Under the pieces are notes generated by a model. The model ran no database searches. It was not told the origin of the DNA and saw only the letters and a program-made list of their open reading frames with translations. The translations under genes and the position numbers were made by a program. From IMG/VR virus record IMGVR_UViG_3300036820_000003, positions 32,001 through 96,000 of that record: a stretch of DNA of 64,000 nucleotides; one strand, 5' to 3'. This DNA comes from a virus. Below, one piece after another: positions 45,388 to 54,315 of the stretch (within the stretch, counting starts at the first letter, position 1; the number at the start of each line of letters is the position of its first letter).

Positions 45388-45472
45388 TGCGTTCCTTCCG
45401 GGTGCTTGCGTTTGCCGCACTTTTAGTGTACTGGCGGGGAGGTGGCGCGTAAACAGCTTTGACGGGGTTGAG

Positions 45473-45502
45473 TTGCGGGGATGGGGTGCGCTGGTGTATG
45501 CT
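45473..45502 (+). promoter_or_regulatory. Putative sigma-A-type promoter for the tRNA cluster
   Basis: TTGCGG-N18-TATGCT in the divergent intergenic region. Confidence 0.5.
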
Positions 45503-45647
45503 TTTAGTAGCAGGCGGGCGGGTTGAGGTTGCCCCCCACCTATGGTGACTTACCCGTGAGCGTGGTTAGGCGCTCCCGGCTGAGGACCGGTCCGTCTGCA
45601 GCTGACCGTCGTCGGTCTTCGGGGTTTTCCCGATGACGGTCAGTCGA

Positions 45648-45721
45648 CGCGGGGTGGTGCAGTTAGGTGGCACGCTGGGCTCATAATCCAGAGGTCGGAG
45701 GTTCAAATCCTTCCCCCGCAA
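45648..45721 (+). tRNA. tRNA-Met(CAT), initiator type
   Basis: CGCGGGG/CCCCGCA acceptor stem with C1:A72 mismatch, CTCATAA loop, GGTTCAAATCC T-arm; no encoded CCA. Confidence 0.92.
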
Positions 45722-45746
45722 CTAGGTTGACAACTGAATACGTCAG

Positions 45747-45828
45747 GCCAGGTTGCCCGAGTGACCAAAGGGAGCGGACTGTAAATCCGTCGACGTAGTC
45801 TACCCAGGTTTGAATCCTGGACCTGGCA
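45747..45828 (+). tRNA. tRNA-Tyr(GTA)
   Basis: GCCAGGT/ACCTGGC stem, CTGTAAA loop, long variable arm. Confidence 0.9.
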
Positions 45829-45906
45829 CGAGGGTCATCTCGCTAGAGCTCTGACACCAGTGTCAAGCAGGCCCCTGATCGTTCAAGTCGAGGCAGAAGC
45901 CTGCCT

Positions 45907-45977
45907 GCGGATGTAGCTCAATGGCAGAGTTCCAGCTTCCCAAGCTGGTTACGCGGGTTCGATTCCCGTCATCCGCT
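45907..45977 (+). tRNA. tRNA-Gly(CCC)
   Basis: GCGGATG/CATCCGC stem, TTCCCAA loop, GGTTCGATTCC T-arm, U73 discriminator. Confidence 0.93.
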
Positions 45978-45995
45978 CGGAAAGGAAGGTGGAAG

Positions 45996-46229
45996 ATGAC
46001 AGCGGGCAAGAAGAAGTCGAACCTGCATCGCAAGGAGTCGCGCGCGGGTCGCTGGAAGTCGGGTCAGGAGCGCAAGCGGGCTCGTCGGGAGAGGCAGGCG
46101 GCTGCCGCCGCTCGGAATAAAGCGACTCGCGCGGCTGGCGGGATGACGCCGTGGGATGCGGCGTGCGCGGCGGCTCGGGTGCGTCGGGCGGCTCGCAGGT
46201 CGGCGGCGGCGGCGGTGGGGGGTGCTTGA
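45996..46229 (+). CDS. Small basic protein
   Basis: GGAAGGTGGAAG before MTAGKKK. Confidence 0.55.
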   Translation: MTAGKKKSNLHRKESRAGRWKSGQERKRARRERQAAAAARNKATRAAGGMTPWDAACAAARVRRAARRSAAAAVGGA

Positions 46230-46346
46230 GTGGGCGCGAACCTGGGCGGTGGAACTGGGGCTCTACGGCAGGGAGCTGAGATACGGGGCGGCGGAACGTC
46301 GTCGGGTGTACGCTCCTCGACACTCCGGGGGGTGGAAGGGGGTCGG

Positions 46347-46808
46347 ATGGAAGTGGAAGGTGACGCTGTGGATGATGGCGATATTGCTGGCGACGGCAGC
46401 GTCGTGGGCGTTGGCGATCGGCAGCTGAAGGAGCGACCTCCGGAGTTCCTGTGGGCGGCGGAGGTGGCGCGAATCGTCTGGGAGGCGAACAGGGCCATCC
46501 AGGTGCGCGACGGCGAGGAAGTTCCCGACGTTCCGTGGGATGCGGCGGAGTGGCATCGCAAGAAGGCTGTCATCTTCGGGGTCATGAAGATGCGCGACGG
46601 CTCAATCCGGGGTGCTCAGGAAGCGCACGTATTCTGGTGGGAGTACATGTCGTCAAAGGGCTGGGAGTGGGGCGAGGTGAAGGATCCCGGGATGCGGAGG
46701 CACCCTTTGCTGAAAGAGTGGGGCGAGCTGACGTCCAGGGAGCAGCTGGCTCAGAGAGCAAGCTGGGAGATCGTGCAGCTGGTGATGGCGTCGGAAGTAG
46801 AAGGATGA
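46347..46808 (+). CDS. RyR-domain-like phage protein
   Basis: ARIVWEANRA...H..W...M..KGWEWGEVKD...RRHPLL..W.EL..REQ; start uncertain. Confidence 0.65.
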   Translation: MEVEGDAVDDGDIAGDGSVVGVGDRQLKERPPEFLWAAEVARIVWEANRAIQVRDGEEVPDVPWDAAEWHRKKAVIFGVMKMRDGSIRGAQEAHVFWWEYMSSKGWEWGEVKDPGMRRHPLLKEWGELTSREQLAQRASWEIVQLVMASEVEG

Positions 46809-46820
46809 TATAGTCGCTAT

Positions 46821-47420
46821 GTGAGCGACGATGTGAGGGAGAGGATCTCAGCGCTGCGCGCTGAGGTCCTTTTGCTTGATGAGAGGCTCAGGGCGGCCGT
46901 AGCTCATCAATCGAAAACCAGTTCGAATGGAGGAGGGGGAGGAGGGGGAGGTAAGATCTCGCATTCTCCCCCGCCGTGGAACGCGGCGGCCGGACTGTGT
47001 CGGATGGATCTGCACGCGCTGGCGCGGGAGATCGAGCGAACGTGGAGATCGGAAGGGCGACTCAGGGTCAAGGCGCGCGGGGGTTCCGACGCGAACACGC
47101 GCGGGGCTCTGGAGGCGCTGGACGCGCTTTTGCTCGTAGTGCCGGGATGGCTGGTGGCGGACTCGATGCGTCAGCTTGCGAAGTGGGGTCTGCGAGCCGG
47201 GGTGATCCTGGGGGATCTGGAGCAGCCGCGTCGGCTGCCGGGGGATGTGGCGTGTCCTTATTGTTCCATGAAGACCTTGCGCATGTGGGCGGGAGCTGGC
47301 ATAGTTCGCTGTGTCAACCCCTCGTGCACGATGGAAGACGGCGGAAAGGCCGTCGCGACTCCGGAGTGGATCGACGGGGAGGGAATTCGACTGACATGGC
47401 AGGACGGGAGAGTGCTGTGA
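46821..47420 (+). CDS. Conserved phage protein with C-terminal zinc ribbon
   Basis: CPYC...CVNPSC. Confidence 0.7.
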   Translation: MSDDVRERISALRAEVLLLDERLRAAVAHQSKTSSNGGGGGGGGKISHSPPPWNAAAGLCRMDLHALAREIERTWRSEGRLRVKARGGSDANTRGALEALDALLLVVPGWLVADSMRQLAKWGLRAGVILGDLEQPRRLPGDVACPYCSMKTLRMWAGAGIVRCVNPSCTMEDGGKAVATPEWIDGEGIRLTWQDGRVL

Positions 47421-47974
47421 CTCAAGGAGCGGGGGACGGGGGGGCTTCAATTGCAACTGTTCCTCCGGAAGGGGTTCGGGAGGGCGACTTCCGGATTGTG
47501 CGAGTGAGGGGAATCGGCGGATGGGGGATATCCGTCGGTCAGATGCTGAACGGAGAGCGACTCTCGTGGCACGATCACGCTGAAGTGTTCCTGGGAGTTG
47601 TCGGGAACGCGAATGCGACGGCGAGCGCGTATCCGGATCGTCGAGGAATCCAGCTGTATGAGAGAGCTGAGCAGGAAGTCTGGTCGACGGGGGTTATCGA
47701 GCTTTCGGACGCTCAGCGGACGGGAATCGTCAACTGGTGCCTGGGGCATCCCTGCGTCCAGTACGGCTGGCTGGACTACGCGGCGCTGATCCTGCATCGA
47801 CTGGGGATGAAGGATCCTGCTTTGCGACGCTATATCGCTGCATCGGGACACGATATCTGCTCGCAATATGCGTCGCTGGCGTATCTGCACGGGGGCGGAA
47901 TGGATCTTTTTCCGGGGGAGTGGGAAGGGTACGTGACTCCGGAGATGCTGGCCGGGAGGGTGGGACAGGCGTGA
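47417..47974 (+). CDS. Permuted papain-like NlpC/P60 (YaeF/YiiX-type) amidase
   Basis: EGDF, HAEV, YGWLDY, ICSQY, YVTP in permuted His-before-Cys order. Confidence 0.7.
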   Translation: MTQGAGDGGASIATVPPEGVREGDFRIVRVRGIGGWGISVGQMLNGERLSWHDHAEVFLGVVGNANATASAYPDRRGIQLYERAEQEVWSTGVIELSDAQRTGIVNWCLGHPCVQYGWLDYAALILHRLGMKDPALRRYIAASGHDICSQYASLAYLHGGGMDLFPGEWEGYVTPEMLAGRVGQA

Positions 47975-48291
47975 GCTGGGAGTCGCGTGAGCTGGGAGTC
48001 GTCGGATTTCAAGGAGACCGCTGGTCCACGGCCGACGCCGCGTGGCTGCTGGGAGTGGAGGAGCGGGATGTGCGAGATGCGATTCGGAGGGAGGGGGTGG
48101 AGGCTGTGGGAAAGAGAAAGTCGCTCTGGGGCGGCACGCGGCACGTTAGGGTTTTTCTCGCCGACGACATTCTGAGAGTTTTGGGGATGGGAGTTGAAAA
48201 ATTTTTTTGGAGGGCTGACCTGGGGTTACGCGGTTATTTTTTGGTTTTGCGTTGGCGGAAGGGAGTTTGGTGCTATGTTATGGCATACTAA
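47971..48291 (+). CDS. HTH DNA-binding protein (excisionase/MerR-like)
   Basis: WSTADAAWLLGVEERDVRDAIRR ... RVFLADDI. Confidence 0.65.
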   Translation: MSWESRELGVVGFQGDRWSTADAAWLLGVEERDVRDAIRREGVEAVGKRKSLWGGTRHVRVFLADDILRVLGMGVEKFFWRADLGLRGYFLVLRWRKGVWCYVMAY

Positions 48292-48427
48292 AGCCAGCGG
48301 GGGTTTCATCTCCTGATGCGACTGGCTGGAGTGATCCAGTCCCGCCAGGAAGATTCACCCTGACCCTGTGAATTGGAACGGAAACCGGGACGCCACGCTC
48401 CTACGGGAGCTGACACCGGAGATCTGA

Positions 48428-49138
48428 ATGAACGTGAGGCCCAAGGTCTCAACGGTCGCGTCCGTCGCATTCGTCACGGGAGCCCTGCTAGCCGGGGTTG
48501 CGACCAGCGCATCAGCAAGCTCAGTTGCTAAGACTCAACCCGCTCGCGTCGGAATGCACGCGACGCTCATCGCGGAAGTGACACGCGCGACTGTCACGGG
48601 GAGTCGGGAGTATCGAGTGATCGGGGGCGACACGCTCTCCGAAATCAGTCGGAAGGAATACGGAACCGGCGGATGCTGGCGCGGCATCTGGACGGCGAAT
48701 TCATCCTCGATATCTGATCCCAATCTCATCTACGTCGGTCAGGAACTCACGATTCCCGGCGAGTGCGACAGAGGTGACGGGGGGGGCGTCCGGACTGTCT
48801 CCAAGGTGACGCCTGTGCCCGCGCCCGCGCCCGCGCCCGCGCCCTCTTCCGGAAGCGGGGGATTCTACGATGACGTCCTCAGCTACGGACAGATCGAGGA
48901 GCTGTGGGACGACGCCGGGGGGCCGGGATGGGCGGCTGCGGAGTCAGCTTCGATAGCCGAGTGCGAGAGCGGCGGGAATCGATTCGCGTACAATCCCTCG
49001 GGGGCGACCGGGATCTGGCAGATCCTCGGTCAGGTGACGGACTTCGGTCGGAGTCTCGACGACCCGTGGGTGAACGCAGCGAACGCAGTTTCGAAATTCA
49101 GGGCCTCGGGAGACACATTCGCTCAGTGGGTTTGCTAG
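48428..49138 (+). CDS. Secreted LysM plus lytic-transglycosylase-like protein
   Basis: Signal peptide; Y.V..GDTLSEIS...N......PNLIYVGQEL.IP; IAECESGG...ATGIWQI. Confidence 0.88.
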   Translation: MNVRPKVSTVASVAFVTGALLAGVATSASASSVAKTQPARVGMHATLIAEVTRATVTGSREYRVIGGDTLSEISRKEYGTGGCWRGIWTANSSSISDPNLIYVGQELTIPGECDRGDGGGVRTVSKVTPVPAPAPAPAPSSGSGGFYDDVLSYGQIEELWDDAGGPGWAAAESASIAECESGGNRFAYNPSGATGIWQILGQVTDFGRSLDDPWVNAANAVSKFRASGDTFAQWVC

Positions 49139-49204
49139 CCGCGCGGGATGGGGGTACACTTAGGTGTGTCCCCGTCCCTGCGGGGTAGGACACCCGGAGG
49201 TGTC

Positions 49205-49534
49205 ATGAGAAACTGGCTAAGGGACACGCTAGCCCGAATCGAGCAGAAGGTGGACAAAATCATGTCGCAGCAGGATGACATCAACGCGGACGTGGCAGGC
49301 ATCCAGACGGCGATCGCCGGACTGACCGCCGCTGACGCTCAGCTCGCCACGGACGTGACGGCTATCCAGGCGGCACTCGCGGCGCTTCCCCCGGAGGTGG
49401 ACACGTCGGCGCTTGACGCGGCGGTGGCGTCGCTGGGATCGACCTCGACCGCGTTCACGACGGCAGTCGGCTCGGTCACGGCGCTGGTGCCGGGCGGGAC
49501 GGCCGCGACTACGCCGGTGACGCCGGCATCGTAG
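49205..49534 (+). CDS. Coiled-coil Ala/Thr-rich protein
   Basis: GGAGG RBS before MRNWL. Confidence 0.7.
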   Translation: MRNWLRDTLARIEQKVDKIMSQQDDINADVAGIQTAIAGLTAADAQLATDVTAIQAALAALPPEVDTSALDAAVASLGSTSTAFTTAVGSVTALVPGGTAATTPVTPAS

Positions 49535-49892
49535 GGGCGGCCGTGGTATACTTGGGTTATAGTATGCCAACGGAAGGATGTTACATGGACGTCAAGAGCC
49601 ACGCCAACGGAAACGGCCCGGCATTGCTGAGCTTCGCCAACGGAAATGGGAGGGACGTTGTGAGCAAGACGCAGCGTGACTCCGGATTCTGGATCAGGGA
49701 TGTCCACTGGTGGGTGATGGTGTTATGAGCCCTGCGTTCCAGTACGAAGGGATTCGCGGAGGAGCTAGTACACCGGATCCTCGGAGTATGAACAACGGGA
49801 ACGGACCGATCCAATCGCCTGGAATCCCGGATGAGTTCCGGGTTCACTGGTGGCTGATGGTCTAGTTCGTGCCAGCCCGTCTCATTTGGCAT

Positions 49893-49921
49893 TTGACAAG
49901 TGAGGCGGGCTTTGGTATGCT
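49893..49921 (+). promoter_or_regulatory. Sigma-A-type promoter, leaderless
   Basis: TTGACA-N17-TATGCT, 6 nt before GTG 49928. Confidence 0.8.
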
Positions 49922-49927
49922 CGGAAT

Positions 49928-50641
49928 GTGACGGATGACAAGATTGTCTCGGTTCCGGTCGGGGAACTCAAGTTCTGGCCGGGGAATCCTCGAGTGGGTG
50001 ACCTGGACGCGATCCGGGAGTCGATTGAGGCGCACGGGGTGTACAAGCCTCTGCTGGTGCATCGAGGGACCGGACGAGTCATGGTCGGAAACAATACCCT
50101 GAAGGCCGCCGTGGAACTGGGGATGGAGCGAGTCCCGGTGGTGTACAAGGACGTCGACGATGATGTGGCGCGTCGCATCATGCTGGTCGACAATCGGACG
50201 TCGGATCGCTCGGACTACGACGAGGAACTGCTGCGAGCGGCGCTGCTGGCGGTGGCCGACGATTTCTCCGGGACGGGTTATCACGACGACGACGAGGACG
50301 TCGCGGCGCTGCTGGCCATTGTGATGGCGGCGGACGAGTACAGCTTCGCGGGAGGGGCTGACGAGGAGGAAGTGCTGCTCCTCGACGAGGTGCGAACCGG
50401 AGCTGACTGGGCCGAGCTGCCCCAGCAGGAGGCCGCTCGGGCGGAACGGCAGGCTCAGCAGACTCCCTCGGCCGTCAAGGGGCTGCGCGAGATCATGCTG
50501 GTGTATCCGGTGGACGAGCATCGCGAGATGATTTCCGTGTTGGAAGGGCTCAAGCGGGTGTGGGGGGATCTGCGATATCCGCAGATTGTGGCGCGGGCTC
50601 TGCGGGAGGCGGCCGAGCGCGGCGGCGTGGTAGGCTTGTAA
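49928..50641 (+). CDS. ParB/Srx N-terminal-domain protein
   Basis: L...PGNPR.GD...IRESI..HG...PLLV.......GN....AA..LG...VPV. Confidence 0.88.
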   Translation: MTDDKIVSVPVGELKFWPGNPRVGDLDAIRESIEAHGVYKPLLVHRGTGRVMVGNNTLKAAVELGMERVPVVYKDVDDDVARRIMLVDNRTSDRSDYDEELLRAALLAVADDFSGTGYHDDDEDVAALLAIVMAADEYSFAGGADEEEVLLLDEVRTGADWAELPQQEAARAERQAQQTPSAVKGLREIMLVYPVDEHREMISVLEGLKRVWGDLRYPQIVARALREAAERGGVVGL

Positions 50642-50642
50642 G

Positions 50643-51566
50643 GTGCAAGCTACGGTGCCTGACGACAGGCTGATGGCGGATTATTTTTCGTTCCATCGGA
50701 TTCAGATTGCGAATAGGGACGTCGATCCCGTTTACCCCGTCTTGAAGGCGGTGGGGGACAGGCTGTCGTTGAGCACCGAGGATCGCCTGCGTCTGGTATT
50801 CCTGCATGTGGCCTACTACGACATCGGGTCCGCGCTGACGGCGTTCGAGATAACGGGGGACGTGCACTACTGGTTCAAGTGCACCGAGACTAAACTGCCG
50901 TGCGGAACGGAACGTCGTAGGCATCGCATGGGCGACAACCTGCGCAATCACCTAGCATCTTTGCAGACTAGGGCGTTCGGCTGGCAAGGACTGGAACCGT
51001 GGCTCACGCACGGTCTGGACGATGACGCCCGAGGTAATTGGAAAACGGTGTCAGAGCGACTCATGCAGGTGGACGGAAACGGTCGCTGGGCGGCATTCAA
51101 GACCTGCGAGATGCTCAGGGAAGTGTGCGGGCTGCCGTTGGAGGCCCCGGACATGGGACACGCGAACAGTTCGGGTCCTCGCAAGGGACTGGGGTTGCTG
51201 TTTGCGGAGGCGCGAGTGGCGGGGAACTCGGCTGAGGTGATAGCGGGATTGGATAGGCTGTCGGTTAGGCTGGTCGAGGAGCTGCGGGGGGCCGGGGCCG
51301 AGGCGTCGCTTGCGACCGCGGAGACGACGCTGTGCGACTTTCACAGTATGTGGAATGGCCGGTACTATCCGGGGCTTGATATCGATGTGATGCACGAGCA
51401 GATCGCGATGTCCCCGATGAGCCCGGAGATGCGACGTGAGGCCTATCTGGCGCGCGAGGCGGCGCTGCCCCTGGCTTACCTCGGTGAAGAGGGCGGCTGG
51501 CAGGGCGTCGACGTCAAGCGGAAGCGGATTTACCGGATGACGGGGGAGATTGTCACTCGTGGCTGA
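50643..51566 (+). CDS. Amino acid:DNA transferase (alpha-glutamyl/putrescinyl-thymine pyrophosphorylase type)
   Basis: D.DPVY, ERR.HR, GRWAAFK..E, GPRKGL, ETTLCDF, GRYYPG.DID. Confidence 0.8.
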   Translation: MQATVPDDRLMADYFSFHRIQIANRDVDPVYPVLKAVGDRLSLSTEDRLRLVFLHVAYYDIGSALTAFEITGDVHYWFKCTETKLPCGTERRRHRMGDNLRNHLASLQTRAFGWQGLEPWLTHGLDDDARGNWKTVSERLMQVDGNGRWAAFKTCEMLREVCGLPLEAPDMGHANSSGPRKGLGLLFAEARVAGNSAEVIAGLDRLSVRLVEELRGAGAEASLATAETTLCDFHSMWNGRYYPGLDIDVMHEQIAMSPMSPEMRREAYLAREAALPLAYLGEEGGWQGVDVKRKRIYRMTGEIVTRG

Positions 51567-52434
51567 TGTGGGGGGCTGGACGTTCGGGGCGGAGCTGGAA
51601 TGGCCGGATGTGGACCGGCGGGCCGAGCTGGGGGGAGGCTGGGCGTGGTCGGTGACGGACTACACCGTCGTCAACTCGGACGGGACCGCCAACGATCCGC
51701 GCGGTGAGCTGAATCGCTGGGGCGGGGAGCTGAACACGCCGGTTTGCGGATCGGTCGAGGAGCTGGGCGAGCGCGCGGGAGAGATGCGGGCGCAGTTGAA
51801 GCCTGGTCACAACTACCGGTCGAATCTCCACATTCACGTGGCGGCTCCGGAATTTGCGGACGTCGAAAATCTGAAGAGAATCGCTGAATTCTCGCGTCGG
51901 GAGCTGCCAGGGGCGCTCAAGATGATGGACCCGCTGAACGGGCTTTTCTCGGGTCTGACGGACGAGGCGGAAGTGGCGGGGGCGCGGAAGCGAATGGCGC
52001 ACTCGGAGCGGAGTCGTCACTATTTTGTGTCGGATGCTCGGCACGCTCGTCGGATGGAGGCTCGGGGGATTGAGGAGATGCTGCGAGCCGAGGTTCCGAT
52101 GAGTCGCGAAGGGGCTCCGTGCTGGGCGCTGGCGTCGCGGGAAGCCGTCAATTTGCGTTCGATGCGGAAACACGGGACGATCGAGCTGCGCTGTTTCGCG
52201 GCGGACGGATCGGGCGAGAACGTGTGGGCGGCGGCGAGCTTCAGTCGGGACTGGCTGGCGACGGCGCTTGAGGGAGGCGAGGTGTTCGAGCTTCCCTACT
52301 TCTACTCGCTGCCGATTCAGCCTGCTTTCGAGCTGAAGCTCGAAAGAGGCTGGGAGTGGACGAACCTCAAGCACAATCGTCGGAACGTGGTGCGCGGACG
52401 GCTGGCTGAGATGAGGGGCCTGTGCGAATCGTAG
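51550..52434 (+). CDS. Amidoligase (COOH-NH2 ligase, glutamate-cysteine-ligase-like)
   Basis: TFGAELEW, ELNTP, LHIHV, AVNL, HGTIELRCF. Confidence 0.8.
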   Translation: MSLVADVGGWTFGAELEWPDVDRRAELGGGWAWSVTDYTVVNSDGTANDPRGELNRWGGELNTPVCGSVEELGERAGEMRAQLKPGHNYRSNLHIHVAAPEFADVENLKRIAEFSRRELPGALKMMDPLNGLFSGLTDEAEVAGARKRMAHSERSRHYFVSDARHARRMEARGIEEMLRAEVPMSREGAPCWALASREAVNLRSMRKHGTIELRCFAADGSGENVWAAASFSRDWLATALEGGEVFELPYFYSLPIQPAFELKLERGWEWTNLKHNRRNVVRGRLAEMRGLCES

Positions 52435-52862
52435 CCGTCTGCACGGGGAACGTCGCCCGGAGCCCCGCCCTGGAGTGCCTGCTGCAGGAAGGGCTGGCGG
52501 GGGTGGAAGTGCGCTCGGCGGGGGTGGGCGACAAGGCCGTCGCCGGGCTGCGGATGAAGCCCTACATGCGGATGATCCTGGGGAGAGAGGGTTTCGGCGA
52601 CTTCGCGGAATCCCATCGCTCGTTCGTGCTGCGAGGCGAGGAAGCGATCGCACCGGATCTTTTCGTCGCGGTGAGCCGAGTGCACGTGCGGAAGCTTGGC
52701 GGGATGTTTCCCGAGGTGCCGGTTCTCTTGTGCGATCCGATTATCCCGGATCCGGCTTTCGGCGGGCTGGATGCCTACGAGGAAGCGTGGAACTTGATTC
52801 AGACGGCCTCGGATGATATGATTCGCAGAATCGAATCCGAGGACTGGGGGAGCTGCGAGTGA
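52422..52862 (+). CDS. Low-molecular-weight phosphotyrosine phosphatase / ArsC family protein
   Basis: VCTGNVARS (CX5R) P-loop and IPDP general-acid motif. Confidence 0.88.
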   Translation: MRIVAVCTGNVARSPALECLLQEGLAGVEVRSAGVGDKAVAGLRMKPYMRMILGREGFGDFAESHRSFVLRGEEAIAPDLFVAVSRVHVRKLGGMFPEVPVLLCDPIIPDPAFGGLDAYEEAWNLIQTASDDMIRRIESEDWGSCE

Positions 52863-53701
52863 AGATTCTGGTGGTGGGGGCGGGAATCGCCGGGTCGTGC
52901 GTGGCTCGACTGGGGTCCGAGCGCGGTCACGAGATGAGGGTGATCGCGCGAGGCGATGAGCCGGATTCGCTCGCGGCGACGGCGGTGCTGCGTCGAGGTT
53001 ATCACTCAGGGGGGTCGCTTGAGTCCTGGGACTACGCGATCCAGTGCTATGAGCGCTGGGGCGTTCGAATGGCGAGAGGCGGGGCGGTTTCCAGCTATCG
53101 GAGACTGCTGGCGGAACCTCGTGCTGATGCGGACTGGACCCTGATTGATCCGGCTGCCCCCCTGGTGCAGGCCGATGTGAAAAGGGAAGTGGTGTCGGCG
53201 CATGGCGGCCGGGTGTGGTTCGGACCGGGGGCGGGGGAGGCGGGGGACGCCGTTGTGGTGGCCTGTGGCGCTCGCGGCGGGCTGTTGCGGCCGGCGGGCG
53301 CTGTTGGCGGCGCGATCGTTACCTATGGCGTTACGTGGGTCCACGCGCCGGAGGCTTTGAAGGAGCCCGAGGTTATGAGGGTGTATCAGTACGCCCCTTA
53401 TCGAACTCTGCTGGCGGGTGTGGCCGGAGGAAAGGCGCGCGTCGGTAGTTCCTCGGCTGCGGGAGAGGAAAAGGCGGTGGAGCAGGGGCGGAAGATGCTC
53501 CAGACCGCGTGGGATCTGGGCTGGCTGACGACTCTTGACGAGTGGGAAATGCGAGTGGGGGCGCGTCTGAAGAGTCAGGAAGTCTGGTGGCGCGAAGGCG
53601 ACGGTCACTGGGAAATCGGCGGATTTCATCGAACGGGGTACGCTTTGGCTCCCGGGGCCGCTCGCGATGTGCTGGACGACATCGAGAAGTCAGCTCTGTG
53701 A
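52859..53701 (+). CDS. FAD-dependent oxidoreductase (glycine oxidase/DAO-like)
   Basis: ILVVGAGIAG, AVVVACG, GGFHRTGYALAPG. Confidence 0.82.
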   Translation: MKILVVGAGIAGSCVARLGSERGHEMRVIARGDEPDSLAATAVLRRGYHSGGSLESWDYAIQCYERWGVRMARGGAVSSYRRLLAEPRADADWTLIDPAAPLVQADVKREVVSAHGGRVWFGPGAGEAGDAVVVACGARGGLLRPAGAVGGAIVTYGVTWVHAPEALKEPEVMRVYQYAPYRTLLAGVAGGKARVGSSSAAGEEKAVEQGRKMLQTAWDLGWLTTLDEWEMRVGARLKSQEVWWREGDGHWEIGGFHRTGYALAPGAARDVLDDIEKSAL

Positions 53702-53707
53702 TTTGAT

Positions 53708-53736
53708 TTGACAGGCTCTTTTTTTTACGCTAGATT
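53708..53736 (+). promoter_or_regulatory. Sigma-A-type promoter, leaderless
   Basis: TTGACA-N17-TAGATT, 6 nt before ATG 53743. Confidence 0.8.
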
Positions 53737-53742
53737 TTGCTT

Positions 53743-54315
53743 ATGGATCTCGTTTATCTGGCCGGGGCTCCCGCCGTCGGCAAGTCGACTCTGATGGCCA
53801 GGCTGACTGAGGGCGCTGAGCGGGTGGCTCGAGCTGACGTGAAGCTGGTGCCCTACGACGAGCTGAGGGTTGCGGGCGAGGTTGTCGGGGCGGAGATCGG
53901 GAAGCGTCGGGTGAACTTCCCGGGGACTGATTCGCTTGCGATGAACGCTCTGCCGAACGTCGCTAAATGGCTCGACGCGAAGATGTTCGACGTGGTGTGC
54001 GCGGAGGGGGATCGTCTGACGCACGTGCGATTCTTTGGCTCGGCGGCGGACGCCGGGTACTCGGTGCACGTTTTCCTGCTGCGAGCGCCAATGTCGGTGC
54101 TGGATCGGCGATGCGAGGCGCGAGGGTCGAACCAGAGTCGGAGCTGGCGGCTCAGCCGGGTGACTCTGGGCGAGCGGGTGGCGGCCTGGGCCGAGGCCGA
54201 GGACAGGATCTCGATGCACTACCTCGATTCTCAGAGACCTGTCACGGAGCTGGCCGAGGAAGTGCGACGGGCTGTGCCCGCGATGGAGATTCTGCGTGAG
54301 CGGGTGGCTGGCTGA
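53743..54315 (+). CDS. P-loop nucleotide kinase (putative 5-hydroxymethyluracil DNA kinase)
   Basis: YLAGAPAVGKST, EGDRL, R..RC..RGS.Q; context next to the transferase and TET/JBP genes. Confidence 0.75.
   Translation: MDLVYLAGAPAVGKSTLMARLTEGAERVARADVKLVPYDELRVAGEVVGAEIGKRRVNFPGTDSLAMNALPNVAKWLDAKMFDVVCAEGDRLTHVRFFGSAADAGYSVHVFLLRAPMSVLDRRCEARGSNQSRSWRLSRVTLGERVAAWAEAEDRISMHYLDSQRPVTELAEEVRRAVPAMEILRERVAG

Noticed and set aside
157-45457. GTAAACA core as a eukaryotic forkhead site
   Set aside because: Coincidental match; the context is an actinobacterial phage
45832-45903. Fourth tRNA between Tyr and Gly
   Set aside because: T-loop-like GTTCAAGTC present, but no acceptor stem or 7-nt anticodon loop could be built
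48295-48427. c-di-AMP (ydaO) or c-di-GMP riboswitch
   Set aside because: Fragments resemble conserved elements only on the wrong strand or in the wrong order; kept only as an unassigned structured leader
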